This document shows, piece by piece, positions 21,041 to 29,824 of a stretch of 64,000 nucleotides of DNA (positions within the stretch are counted from its first letter, which is position 1; every line of letters starts with the position of its first letter). The position numbers were made by a program, and so were the translations under genes. The stretch is from Alphaproteobacteria bacterium (GTDB taxonomy: Bacteria > Pseudomonadota > Alphaproteobacteria > MPNO01 > UBA830), in the NCBI GenBank assembly GCA_964291215.2, contig OZ219790.1, positions 1,824,001 to 1,888,000 of the forward strand, given 5' to 3'. Under the pieces are notes generated by a model. The model was not told the DNA's origin and searched no databases. It saw nothing but the letters and a program-made list of their open reading frames with translations.

Positions 21041-21957
21041 ACGGCGCCGCGCCAGAAACGCCGGCCGAAGGCCGGGCGGTCGCCTTCATCCTCCTGACGC
21101 TGGTCGCACTGTCATGGGCCGGCAACACCATCGTCGCCCGAGCGACCACCGACGAAGTGCCGCCGATCTCGCTGACCTTCTGGCGCCTGTTCCTGTCGGC
21201 GGCGGTCTTCGCCCCCTTCGCGCTCCGCGACGCATGGCGCCAACGCGACATCATCGGCCGCCATTTCGGGCTGCTGAACCTGTTGGCCCTGCTCCAGATG
21301 ACGGCGTTCAGCGCCCTCGTCTATACGGGCCTGCACTACACCGAGGCCATCAACGGCAACCTGCTGCAGGGCGCGCTGCCACTCTGCATCCTCGTCTCCG
21401 GCCTGCTGTTCGCCGGCCAGGTGGTGACCACGCGCCAGGCGATCGGCATGTTTCTCGGCCTCGCCGGCCTCGTCACGATCGTCGTGCGTGGCGACCTGCA
21501 GACGCTTCTCGGTCTCTCGGTGAATGCTGGCGATCCCCTGGTGTTCCTCGGCGTGTTCTCGTCAGCCACCTACGCCGTCTTCCTGTTCAGGCGCCCCGCC
21601 GAACTGCCAATGCTCACCTTCCTGTTCGTGCTGCTGGCGTTCGGCTCGATCCACATCGCCCCATTCTATGTGGCCGAGCACCTCTGGGTCCGTCAGTTGC
21701 CGCTGACCGGACCGGCGCTGGCGACCATCGCCTTCATCGCCCTGATCCCCTCGGCCCTTGCGCAGTTGCTGTTCGCGGAAGGGATCCGCCGCGTCGGCGC
21801 CACGACTGCGGGATACATGATCTATCTCACCCCGGTCTTCGGGGTGCTGATGGCCGTCGGCCTGCTCGGAGAGGAATTCAGAGGGTTTCACGCTGCCGGG
21901 ATCGTGCTGATCGCCGCCGGAATCTGGCTCGCCGTCGTGCACGCCCGAAGCAGCTGA
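21037..21957 (+). CDS. DMT/EamA transporter (tandem paralog)
   Basis: WAGNTIVAR; GTGA overlap with the upstream stop. Confidence 0.88.
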   Translation: MNGAAPETPAEGRAVAFILLTLVALSWAGNTIVARATTDEVPPISLTFWRLFLSAAVFAPFALRDAWRQRDIIGRHFGLLNLLALLQMTAFSALVYTGLHYTEAINGNLLQGALPLCILVSGLLFAGQVVTTRQAIGMFLGLAGLVTIVVRGDLQTLLGLSVNAGDPLVFLGVFSSATYAVFLFRRPAELPMLTFLFVLLAFGSIHIAPFYVAEHLWVRQLPLTGPALATIAFIALIPSALAQLLFAEGIRRVGATTAGYMIYLTPVFGVLMAVGLLGEEFRGFHAAGIVLIAAGIWLAVVHARSS

Positions 21958-22125
21958 ACGCCGCAGCCCGATGGCGTCATGCTGCCACGACGCAGCGTCT
22001 GGAAACGCCGGCCATGCGGCAGGAATCCCGGGCGGGGCCGGCCATTGCGGCCGGGGACAGTCCGGCCGCTGCCGGGTTCGGGGCGGCAACCGCTTTGGCG
22101 AGCGCCCGAGGCGCCGGCCGGTACG

Positions 22126-22755
22126 CTACGCCTGCGGTACGGCAACCCCGACCATGCAGTCGCGCGTCACGAGTTCGGCAAGCTGTTCAGCGGACCAGCC
22201 ATCGGTGCCGTCCGGCCGGATCGGCAGCACGAGATAGCGCATGTCCGCATTGGAGTCGTGGACCCTCACGCCGACGCTGTCCGGTATCTCGGTACCGAAC
22301 TCCCTGAGCACCGCGCGCGGCTCGATCACCGCCCTGCTGCGATAGCTCTTGGACTTGTACCAGTCCGGCGGCAGGCCAAGGATGGTGCGCGGATAACAGG
22401 AACAGAGCGTGCAGACGATCACGTTGTGGACATCCGCCGTGTTCTCGACGACGATCAGTTCGGTATCGCCCATCGTGAACCCCATCTCCTCGACCGTCGC
22501 CGTGCCATCCTCGAGCAGGCGCCGCTTGAAGTCCGGATCCGTCCAGGCGCGCGCGATGATCCTCGCCCCGTCGGCGGGGTCACGGCTGTCGAGGAACTCG
22601 AGGTTGCGCCGCACGTCCTCGGCGCGAACCACGCCCTTCTCGACCAGAATTTCCCTGATCGCTTCAGCCATCAACTCGTAATGTCCGGTCTCGTTCACAT
22701 CCGGCGTCGTCCCCGGATGGTCATGAGCGTGGTCATGTGCGCCACGATCATCCAT
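22126..22755 (-). CDS. Co-type nitrile hydratase alpha / thiocyanate hydrolase gamma-like subunit
   Basis: VCTLCSCYP metal motif; His-rich N-terminus. Confidence 0.92.
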   Translation of the reverse strand: MDDRGAHDHAHDHPGTTPDVNETGHYELMAEAIREILVEKGVVRAEDVRRNLEFLDSRDPADGARIIARAWTDPDFKRRLLEDGTATVEEMGFTMGDTELIVVENTADVHNVIVCTLCSCYPRTILGLPPDWYKSKSYRSRAVIEPRAVLREFGTEIPDSVGVRVHDSNADMRYLVLPIRPDGTDGWSAEQLAELVTRDCMVGVAVPQA

Positions 22756-23053
22756 TGTCATTCTCCTGATCTCCGGTTGCTTCCAGCCAGTGATCGTAGA
22801 TCTCGAGGTCGAGCGTATCGCCGGGCTGGCCCTCGTAATGGTCCCACAGGTCCGTCTGACGGAGGCGCACCCTGTAAAGCTCGCGCTCGGGAACGCCGTC
22901 AAAGCCGTAGGCCAGTTCTTCGGGGTTGCGGAAGCGGCCGCAATAGCGCTCGATCACGCCGGTCTTTCCCCTCACATAGAACGGCGTCCGCCGATGGCCC
23001 GGCGGATGGCTGGCCTTTATCCGGACCGTGTCGCCAATATTGAAAATCGTCAT
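22748..23053 (-). CDS. NHase beta C-terminal SH3-like subunit (ScnA-like)
   Basis: GHRRTPFYVRGKTG, YRVR..LW, EIYDHWLE. Confidence 0.88.
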   Translation of the reverse strand: MTIFNIGDTVRIKASHPPGHRRTPFYVRGKTGVIERYCGRFRNPEELAYGFDGVPERELYRVRLRQTDLWDHYEGQPGDTLDLEIYDHWLEATGDQENDNG

Positions 23054-23358
23054 TGCGGGGCCTCCAGCCGGTCTCGGATAGTCTCCATGCGCCGTTCGAC
23101 CTCGGCGCGCGTGAGCAAGCCCTTTTCCTCAAGCAAGTTGATGATGGCCTCGGACCAGCGCTCGAAATAATCCTGCGCATAGACCTCGGGCGGAAGATCC
23201 TCAAGCGCGCGCCGCAACTCGTCGATGCGCATGGTGTCATCCTCGCGCAGCGCAGCGGCAATGGCGGTTATGGTCTTGGCCCACGGTCCGGCATCGTGCT
23301 CGCGGATCTCCATCGATCCAGCCTCCATGCCGCCCATGTCATGCTGGCGCTGGTTCAT
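23050..23358 (-). CDS. NHase beta N-terminal subunit (ScnB-like)
   Basis: HDMGG, DELRRALEDL, YFERW. Confidence 0.85.
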   Translation of the reverse strand: MNQRQHDMGGMEAGSMEIREHDAGPWAKTITAIAAALREDDTMRIDELRRALEDLPPEVYAQDYFERWSEAIINLLEEKGLLTRAEVERRMETIRDRLEAPQ

Positions 23359-23405
23359 GTCTCCTCCCGTGCACGCGACCATTCTGCGGTTCCCGACGGC
23401 CAAAT

Positions 23406-23717
23406 TCAACCGGTTCCCCGCCGCCGCCGCAATTCGGCAATCCGCGCTTCGACCTCCTCGACCGTCACGACGCCTTTCTCGACCAGCACATCATGGATTG
23501 CCTGCATGCCAAGCTCGAAATACCCCAGCGCGTGGTAGCGCTCGCGTCCGAGATCCTCTCGCGCGCGGCGCGTCTCGTGGAGGCTGACAAGGCCGGCGCC
23601 GCGTTCGCCGAGCACGCTGCGGAGCGCCGTGGACAGCTTGGCCCAGTCCGGAGTCTCCCGCTGCGTGAGCGGCACGGGTCCCCAGTCTTCGCCGCCGATA
23701 TCGTTCACCCTTTTCAT
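23406..23717 (-). CDS. Second beta-N-like protein, probable accessory/activator
   Basis: NDIGG, HETRRAREDL, LVEKGV. Confidence 0.75.
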   Translation of the reverse strand: MKRVNDIGGEDWGPVPLTQRETPDWAKLSTALRSVLGERGAGLVSLHETRRAREDLGRERYHALGYFELGMQAIHDVLVEKGVVTVEEVEARIAELRRRRGTG

Positions 23718-23860
23718 CAGCCTTTCCCGGCGCTACAAGACTAGGCAAGAATGTCGGGCGGGCGCCTGCAATCCCGGCCGTTCCCGATCCCGCGCAACCG
23801 GCGCGGGACGCCGATAACTTCCAGGCCCGATGGTCCCCGGAACGGAAAATAGCAGAGGAC

Positions 23861-25273
23861 ATGTCCATGCGCGACCAGTCATTGCGCGGCCATCTCGCCA
23901 ATCTCGAACAGCGCGGGGAAATGGTCCGGATAACCAGGGAGACCGATCCGCACGCCAACGTGTCGGCCATCGGCTGGAAGGCCTATGACCGCCTCGGCAA
24001 GGCGACGCGATTCGAGGACCTGAAGGGTTTTCCCGGCTGGCAAATTGTCAGCCAGATCGTCGCCGACCGGCACAAATGGGCGATCGCCCTCGGCATCGAG
24101 GAGGACGAGCTGATCCCGACGCTGGTCGAGCGCATCAGGACGCCGGTGAAGCCGGTCGAGGTCGATTCCGCGCCGGCTCCGGTGAGGGAGGTCGTGCTGC
24201 GCGGCGCCGACGCGGACCTGACCCGCCTGCCCGCCCTGTGGCACGCCGAACACGATCCGGGCCCGTATATCGCTTCGGGCATGGCCATTATCAAGGACCC
24301 CGACACCGGGATCCGCAACATGTCGATTCACCGCCAGCAGATCATGGGGCCGGACGCGACCGGTTTCCTGATCTGTCCGCGTCACGCGCTCAGGATCTAC
24401 AAGAAATACCAGGCCCGCAACGAAGCGATGCCGGTCGCCATGGTGATCGGCGCGCACCCGGCGCTCTACTATTCGGCGGCCTTCACCTCGTCTTACGGTC
24501 TCGACGAGCTCGAAATAGCGGGCTCGCTCCTCGAGGATCCCGTCCGTCTGGTCAAGTGCGAGACCGTCGATCTCGAGGTTCCGGCCGAGGCCGAAATCGT
24601 CATCGAGGGCGAGGTCCTCCCCGAGGGTATGGTCGATGAAGGACCGTTCGGCGAAGCTACCGGAACCTACGCCATGGAAGGCGCGACGGAGATCTTCCGC
24701 GTAAAGGCGATCACCCATCGGCATGACCCGGTATTCTACGCCATGCAATGCGGCGCGCCGATGACCGACACCCAGTCGATCACCGCCACCTGCATCGAAA
24801 CCGTGGTGACGGATCATCTCGGCAATATCGAGGGCGGCCTTGACCTTCTCGATGTGCGCTGTCTCGGCATTGCCGGCCTGATGGCCGTCGTCATCAAGCT
24901 CAGGCCGCGGGTCGAGGGCCAGGCCAAGACGGCGCTGATGGCAGCCCTGTCGAGCCCCTATCTGCACCCGAAGATGGCGATCGCCGTGGACGAGGATGTG
25001 GACGCCGGAGACCTGAGGCAGGTGTTCTGGTCGCTGACCACGCGTGTCGAGGCCAGCCGGGATGTCGTCAAGATACCCAACACCCGGATCTGGTCGCTGG
25101 ACAACGTCTCCGACATCGTGCCCGGCATGAGCCCGATGTACCGCATCGGCACCAAGGTCATCATCGACGCGACGAGGCCGGCCGGCGCGGAGGCCGAGGT
25201 GCGCGAGCGCTTTTCGCCGGCGATGCCGTTCGCCCACGAGTCGGTGGCGCTGGCCGACTTCCTGCCCGACTGA
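23861..25273 (+). CDS. UbiD-family prFMN-dependent decarboxylase
   Basis: DPGPYI, RNMSIHR, EIVIEG, EGPFGE, VDEDVD. Confidence 0.92.
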   Translation: MSMRDQSLRGHLANLEQRGEMVRITRETDPHANVSAIGWKAYDRLGKATRFEDLKGFPGWQIVSQIVADRHKWAIALGIEEDELIPTLVERIRTPVKPVEVDSAPAPVREVVLRGADADLTRLPALWHAEHDPGPYIASGMAIIKDPDTGIRNMSIHRQQIMGPDATGFLICPRHALRIYKKYQARNEAMPVAMVIGAHPALYYSAAFTSSYGLDELEIAGSLLEDPVRLVKCETVDLEVPAEAEIVIEGEVLPEGMVDEGPFGEATGTYAMEGATEIFRVKAITHRHDPVFYAMQCGAPMTDTQSITATCIETVVTDHLGNIEGGLDLLDVRCLGIAGLMAVVIKLRPRVEGQAKTALMAALSSPYLHPKMAIAVDEDVDAGDLRQVFWSLTTRVEASRDVVKIPNTRIWSLDNVSDIVPGMSPMYRIGTKVIIDATRPAGAEAEVRERFSPAMPFAHESVALADFLPD

Positions 25274-25486
25274 CCGCGGGCAGCGGCCCACCGGGGCCGC
25301 GGGGACAGCCCGGCCGGTCTCGACACGCTCCGGCGACCGCCGCGAGTTGGTCGAACGCACGGCCCTGATACTTGACGCCGGGCCGTCCCCGGGACTACTC
25401 TCCGGGCAAGGCAACTGCAGAGTTGCGAGGCGGGCCGCGAATCTGGATGTCCGCCCGTCCCGTCTTCCGGCGATGGAGGAACACCG

Positions 25487-26635
25487 ATGAGCGACAACCC
25501 CAAATTCATTGACCGCACCGGATACAGGAACCCCGAGAAGCTGGAGCTCTGGGAACCGATCATCATCTCCAAGGAGGAGATCGACGAGGAAATTGAGCGC
25601 CTGGCGGAACTCCCGCGCCCGGAGAACGGCCGCAGGCAATCGCTGATCGTGCATCCGAGATGGCAGGAACTCGGCATCGGCCCGGGCCTCAACCCGGGCG
25701 TGCGGGTCACGCTCGAGGTGCTCAAGCCCGGCGAGCAGACGTCGGCGATGCGGCACAACTCTACCCAGGTCAATTTCTGCATCCGCGGCGAGGGCCACTC
25801 CATCATCAACGGAAAGAAGATCGGGTTTGCCGAGCACGATGTCTACAACTTCCCGTCGATGGGCACCTACTGGCACGTCAACGACTCGCGTGACCTCCAT
25901 GCCCGCCTGACCTACTCGAATGCGCCGCTCCTCGAGAAGATGAACATCCATATCGTCGACGAGAACCCGCCACCGATGATGGAACTCGTCGGCCAGGCGT
26001 CGCGCCAGGCGAGCGAGGAAAAGGCGCGCGCCGAGGAAACCGAAAACGACCCCACCAGCAAGAGCCCCTACGGCACGTTCCAGCTCAATGACGACGGGGC
26101 GTGGCTGATGCCTTACGAGACGCTGATCAACCCGGCATCGGTCGAATCGAAAGCGCTCCACTGGCCGTGGAAGGACGTCAAGCAGGAGCTCGACAAGCTC
26201 ACCGCGCTCGGCCCCAAATACCGCGGCCGCCGGCTCTACCTGCTGTTCAACCCGATGACCGCGCGGTTCAACGGCACGACGCCGAACTTCTTCGCGACAA
26301 TGACCGTGCGGCCGCCGAAGATCGTCGACCGGCCGCACCGGCACGTATCATCGGCAATCAACTATTACTTCCACGGCAGCGGGCGCTCGACGGTGGAAGG
26401 CAAGGTTTACGAGTGGAAGGCCGGCGATCTCATGCTGTCGGCGCCCGGCTGGGGCGTCCACAACCATGCATCATACGATGAATCCGTCTATGAGCTTACG
26501 GTCCAGGACCAGCCGCTCAACATCTTCATGGAGAGCCTGCTGTGGCAGGAGGATCTCAAGCATCCGTGGTCCGTGCTCGGCGCCGACTCGGGCTTCGAGA
26601 CCAATGCCGAGGAGCTTCGCCAGGCTGGCGAATGA
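25487..26635 (+). CDS. Bicupin, gentisate 1,2-dioxygenase-like
   Basis: Two cupin repeats; PHRH...HNH in the C-terminal cupin. Confidence 0.75.
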   Translation: MSDNPKFIDRTGYRNPEKLELWEPIIISKEEIDEEIERLAELPRPENGRRQSLIVHPRWQELGIGPGLNPGVRVTLEVLKPGEQTSAMRHNSTQVNFCIRGEGHSIINGKKIGFAEHDVYNFPSMGTYWHVNDSRDLHARLTYSNAPLLEKMNIHIVDENPPPMMELVGQASRQASEEKARAEETENDPTSKSPYGTFQLNDDGAWLMPYETLINPASVESKALHWPWKDVKQELDKLTALGPKYRGRRLYLLFNPMTARFNGTTPNFFATMTVRPPKIVDRPHRHVSSAINYYFHGSGRSTVEGKVYEWKAGDLMLSAPGWGVHNHASYDESVYELTVQDQPLNIFMESLLWQEDLKHPWSVLGADSGFETNAEELRQAGE

Positions 26636-26774
26636 CGGCGCGGCCGGGCACGGCCGCAACCGGAGACGATCCGGGAGACAGAGAGTTCGCGCCGGCCCGG
26701 ACGCTCGCCGGCGATGTCTTCTTCCCCATCGCCCTCACGACATCCGAAGTCGGCGTGACATGCGCACTCAGCGG

Positions 26775-27254
26775 TCATCCGCCCAGACAGGTGGTCGTAC
26801 GCCCGGTCATCTCACGACGGGGCGGGGCGGCTTCGTCCCAGAAATTCCGGTCGTCGGCGATGTTCTCCGGGTGGAACCAGGCTGAAACGATGAATCCGTC
26901 CCGAATCTCATAGACAGCAAGTTCCTGTCCGTCGATCCGGCAACCGCCTTTGTCCGCGGACCACGCGATGGACGCAGCAACGTGGCTGTTCGTCTCGACG
27001 GTCGATGTGACTGTGAGATCGAAAGTGCCGCCGGTAGTGGCGAGCGCACGATGAATCATGTCGAGAACGGCGTCACGGCCCCGGAGATTTCCCATATGTG
27101 CGCCAATATCCGGTTCCTTCCAGCACACGTCGGTTGCAATGAACTGTCGGAGAGAGTCGAGGTCGTCGGCGAGGCTGGCTGCACGGCGGGCCTCGTAGAA
27201 GGCACGGATGAAGCGGCCGAGCGGTCCGGCGCTGTCGCTCTTCGTGTCGGCCAT
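26775..27254 (-). CDS. NTF2/SnoaL-like protein
   Basis: FIRAFYEA, GRDAV, VYEIRDGFIV. Confidence 0.75.
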   Translation of the reverse strand: MADTKSDSAGPLGRFIRAFYEARRAASLADDLDSLRQFIATDVCWKEPDIGAHMGNLRGRDAVLDMIHRALATTGGTFDLTVTSTVETNSHVAASIAWSADKGGCRIDGQELAVYEIRDGFIVSAWFHPENIADDRNFWDEAAPPRREMTGRTTTCLGG

Positions 27255-27645
27255 GTCAGGATTCCCTGCGGTCGCGAGGCGTCAACGTGAATTTTGCCCC
27301 ATCATGCTATTGCAATCGACCGCTCTCGTTCGGGACCACCTGGCACCCGTACCGGACGCTTGCCAAAACGCCTCCGGGAAGTATGGCGACTCCGCGGCCG
27401 AAGTTGCCACTTCGCACCCTCGGACGCCGTTTTCGTGGGCGATGAGGCGTTCGGGCGCTGGCATCGGGACAGACTCGACAGGTTTCGACAAACAAGCGCA
27501 AACGGAGCCATGGGGTCCGCCGCCGTCGAACGTAAATTCAACCCGTAGACACCGTTTCAGGAGTTGCAATGCCGAACGGAGCCGCATAGACTTTCTGCAT
27601 TCACATGCTCGAAACACGGGATGAACCGATCAGGAGGGCAACCCC

Positions 27646-28713
27646 ATGTTCGTAAGGAATTCTTGGTATGTCTGTGCTCAGCCGGAGGAAATCGACCGCA
27701 CTCCGATGACGCGCACCATCTGCGACGAGAAGATCGTCTTCTGGCGCATGGAGGACGGTACTCCGGTCGCCTTTGAGGATCGCTGCTGCCACCGCCGCAT
27801 GCCGCTGTCGAAGGGCAAGATCATCGGCGATGTGCTGGAATGCTACTATCACGGTCTCCAGTTCAACCAGAGCGGTGCCTGCGTCCATGTGCCCGGCCAG
27901 AACACCATCCCGCCGGGAGCGCAGGTCAGAACCTACCCGATCGTCGAGAAATACAACTGGATCTGGATCTGGATGGGCGATCTCGCCCTCGCTGACGAGG
28001 ACCGGATCGTGCCCTATCCGTGGAAGACCGCGGACGACTGGGGCGACAAGGGAACCTATTTCTACGTCAAGTCCGACTACCGCCTGATCATCGACAACCT
28101 GCTCGACCTCTCCCATCTCGGCTTCGTGCATCGCTCGACCATCGGCAATGTCGCGGTTGCCGAGGCGGCAAGGGTCCGCACCCTCAAGGACGATGATTCG
28201 GTCACCGTCGCGCGCTGGACCGTCGGCAAGAACCCGGCGCCGACCTACCAGAAGATGGGCGGCTGGACCGAGGACGACATCGTCGACCGTTGGCAGATCA
28301 TCGAATTCCGGATGCCGGGTGCCGTGCGGCTGTTCACCGGTGCCGCGCCCGACGCCGCCGAGGGCCAGGAGTTCGGGTTTACCGAGATCGACCGCGACGT
28401 GCCGAAGAGCGGGTTCGGCTTCCACAACCTCAACTTCGTCACCCCGGAGACCGCAACCACGACCCACTACTTCTGGTCGAACGCCTACCAGATCGACGGC
28501 AAGCCGATCACCCCGGAAATGACCGAGCTGCAGTACAAGCAGATCTTCACGGCGTTCCACCAGGACTGGGAGGTCTTCAACAAGCAGCAGGAAAACTGGG
28601 ACGACAGGCCGACCATTGATACCATCCAGGACGCGGGCTCGATCGCCGCGCGGGCGATGATCGACCGCGAGGTCGCCGCCGAACGGGAAACGCTGGCGAT
28701 CGCCGCCGAGTAG
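27646..28713 (+). CDS. Rieske oxygenase alpha subunit (VanA-like)
   Basis: DRCCHR...CYYHG Rieske motif; DNLLDLSHLGFVH. Confidence 0.93.
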   Translation: MFVRNSWYVCAQPEEIDRTPMTRTICDEKIVFWRMEDGTPVAFEDRCCHRRMPLSKGKIIGDVLECYYHGLQFNQSGACVHVPGQNTIPPGAQVRTYPIVEKYNWIWIWMGDLALADEDRIVPYPWKTADDWGDKGTYFYVKSDYRLIIDNLLDLSHLGFVHRSTIGNVAVAEAARVRTLKDDDSVTVARWTVGKNPAPTYQKMGGWTEDDIVDRWQIIEFRMPGAVRLFTGAAPDAAEGQEFGFTEIDRDVPKSGFGFHNLNFVTPETATTTHYFWSNAYQIDGKPITPEMTELQYKQIFTAFHQDWEVFNKQQENWDDRPTIDTIQDAGSIAARAMIDREVAAERETLAIAAE

Positions 28714-28735
28714 CGATCCGTTTGGGGTCAAGAAC

Positions 28736-28767
28736 AGACGGCGGGCTTCGTGCCCGCCGTCTTTTTT
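28736..28767 (+). terminator. Rho-independent terminator
   Basis: AGACGGCGGGC-TTCGT-GCCCGCCGTCT followed by a T run. Confidence 0.85.
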
Positions 28768-28826
28768 GTGGCCGCCAGTCCGAATCCGGGCGCGCGGGCA
28801 GGAACTGGGCCGGAAGGCCCTTCAGG

Positions 28827-29312
28827 TCAGGCGCCGAATTCCAGATCGGCCGGCGAAATCAACACTCCGAACTGGACGCACCAGATCACCACGCTGGAAT
28901 ATTTCGTCAGATCGACGCCTGCGGGGATGGGATATCTCTGGCTGCCCCTGAAGGCGCGCAGCTTGCCGAGATCGACGAACATCGTTCCCCTGACGGCGGC
29001 GGAATCACGGATTTTCTCGCGCGGCACAAGATAGACGTGAAACGCCGGCCCGGGCCCGACCTCGAAATCGTCTTCGAGAAAGACCACGGTCTCGCGCATC
29101 GTGACCCCGCCCTTTCCGTAATGGATGGGGTCGCCGGGATCGGCATGAATGAACGTTCCGCGGGCGACGACCGCAGTCTGCTCCCCCGGCGCCAGGGTTT
29201 CCATCGCCGCCGGCGGCGGGAACACATAGGGGAATACGAAGATGCCGACGGCCACGCCGAACGCTGTACCGAAGATGCCGCCGAACAGGAATATCCAGAC
29301 AAATCGCCGCAT
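28827..29312 (-). CDS. DM13 domain protein
   Basis: N-terminal TM; GPGPAFHVYL, GSQRYPIP, VVIWCVQF. Confidence 0.88.
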   Translation of the reverse strand: MRRFVWIFLFGGIFGTAFGVAVGIFVFPYVFPPPAAMETLAPGEQTAVVARGTFIHADPGDPIHYGKGGVTMRETVVFLEDDFEVGPGPAFHVYLVPREKIRDSAAVRGTMFVDLGKLRAFRGSQRYPIPAGVDLTKYSSVVIWCVQFGVLISPADLEFGA

Positions 29313-29824
29313 GGTCACCTCTCGCATCACATGGTCGACCCTAGGGTGCTGCCGACCAGGGCAGGAGCGCGCCGCTTCGGGCGCTACGCCCGTTTCCTCG
29401 CAGGCCGCTCGTACCGCCGTTCTCTTCCTGAGGCCAGGAGGCACCTCACGGCCGACCCTTTCCCCTGCACTCGCCGCTTAATGTAACCCACCCCCTTTCC
29501 GGCGCATAGCTCCGCTCGGCGATCACCGCCGCGTTTGCGGTTCCGGGCACAGAAGCGCCGACCGCGAGAAAGGCCAGGAGCGCGATGCCCGAGGTCGCCC
29601 TGCCAACGGGCAGCGCCGCGGCGGCTTGAACCGTCCGTCGCCCGGGAATTTGCAGGCGACAACCCGGTACGCGCAACAGGCCCGCAGAATATGGGAGCTT
29701 CATGCGCCATGGCCGGAACGGTCCGGGTAGCGAAGAGCGCAAACTGGTCGGACAGGCGGTAATGGGCCTTGATCCCAGGTTCAGTCTGGACCGGCCACGC
29801 CTTCGATGGAATATATCATTGCCA

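Noticed and set aside
22053-25316. GGGGACAGYCCGGCCG in two intergenic regions as a REP element
   Set aside because: Only two 16-bp copies in very GC-rich DNA; chance is plausible
23879-26344. 821-aa minus-strand ORF
   Set aside because: Antisense shadow of the UbiD and bicupin genes
27282-27617. GFA-like fragment (LCGSVRHC)
   Set aside because: Too short and stops immediately; cannot be supported
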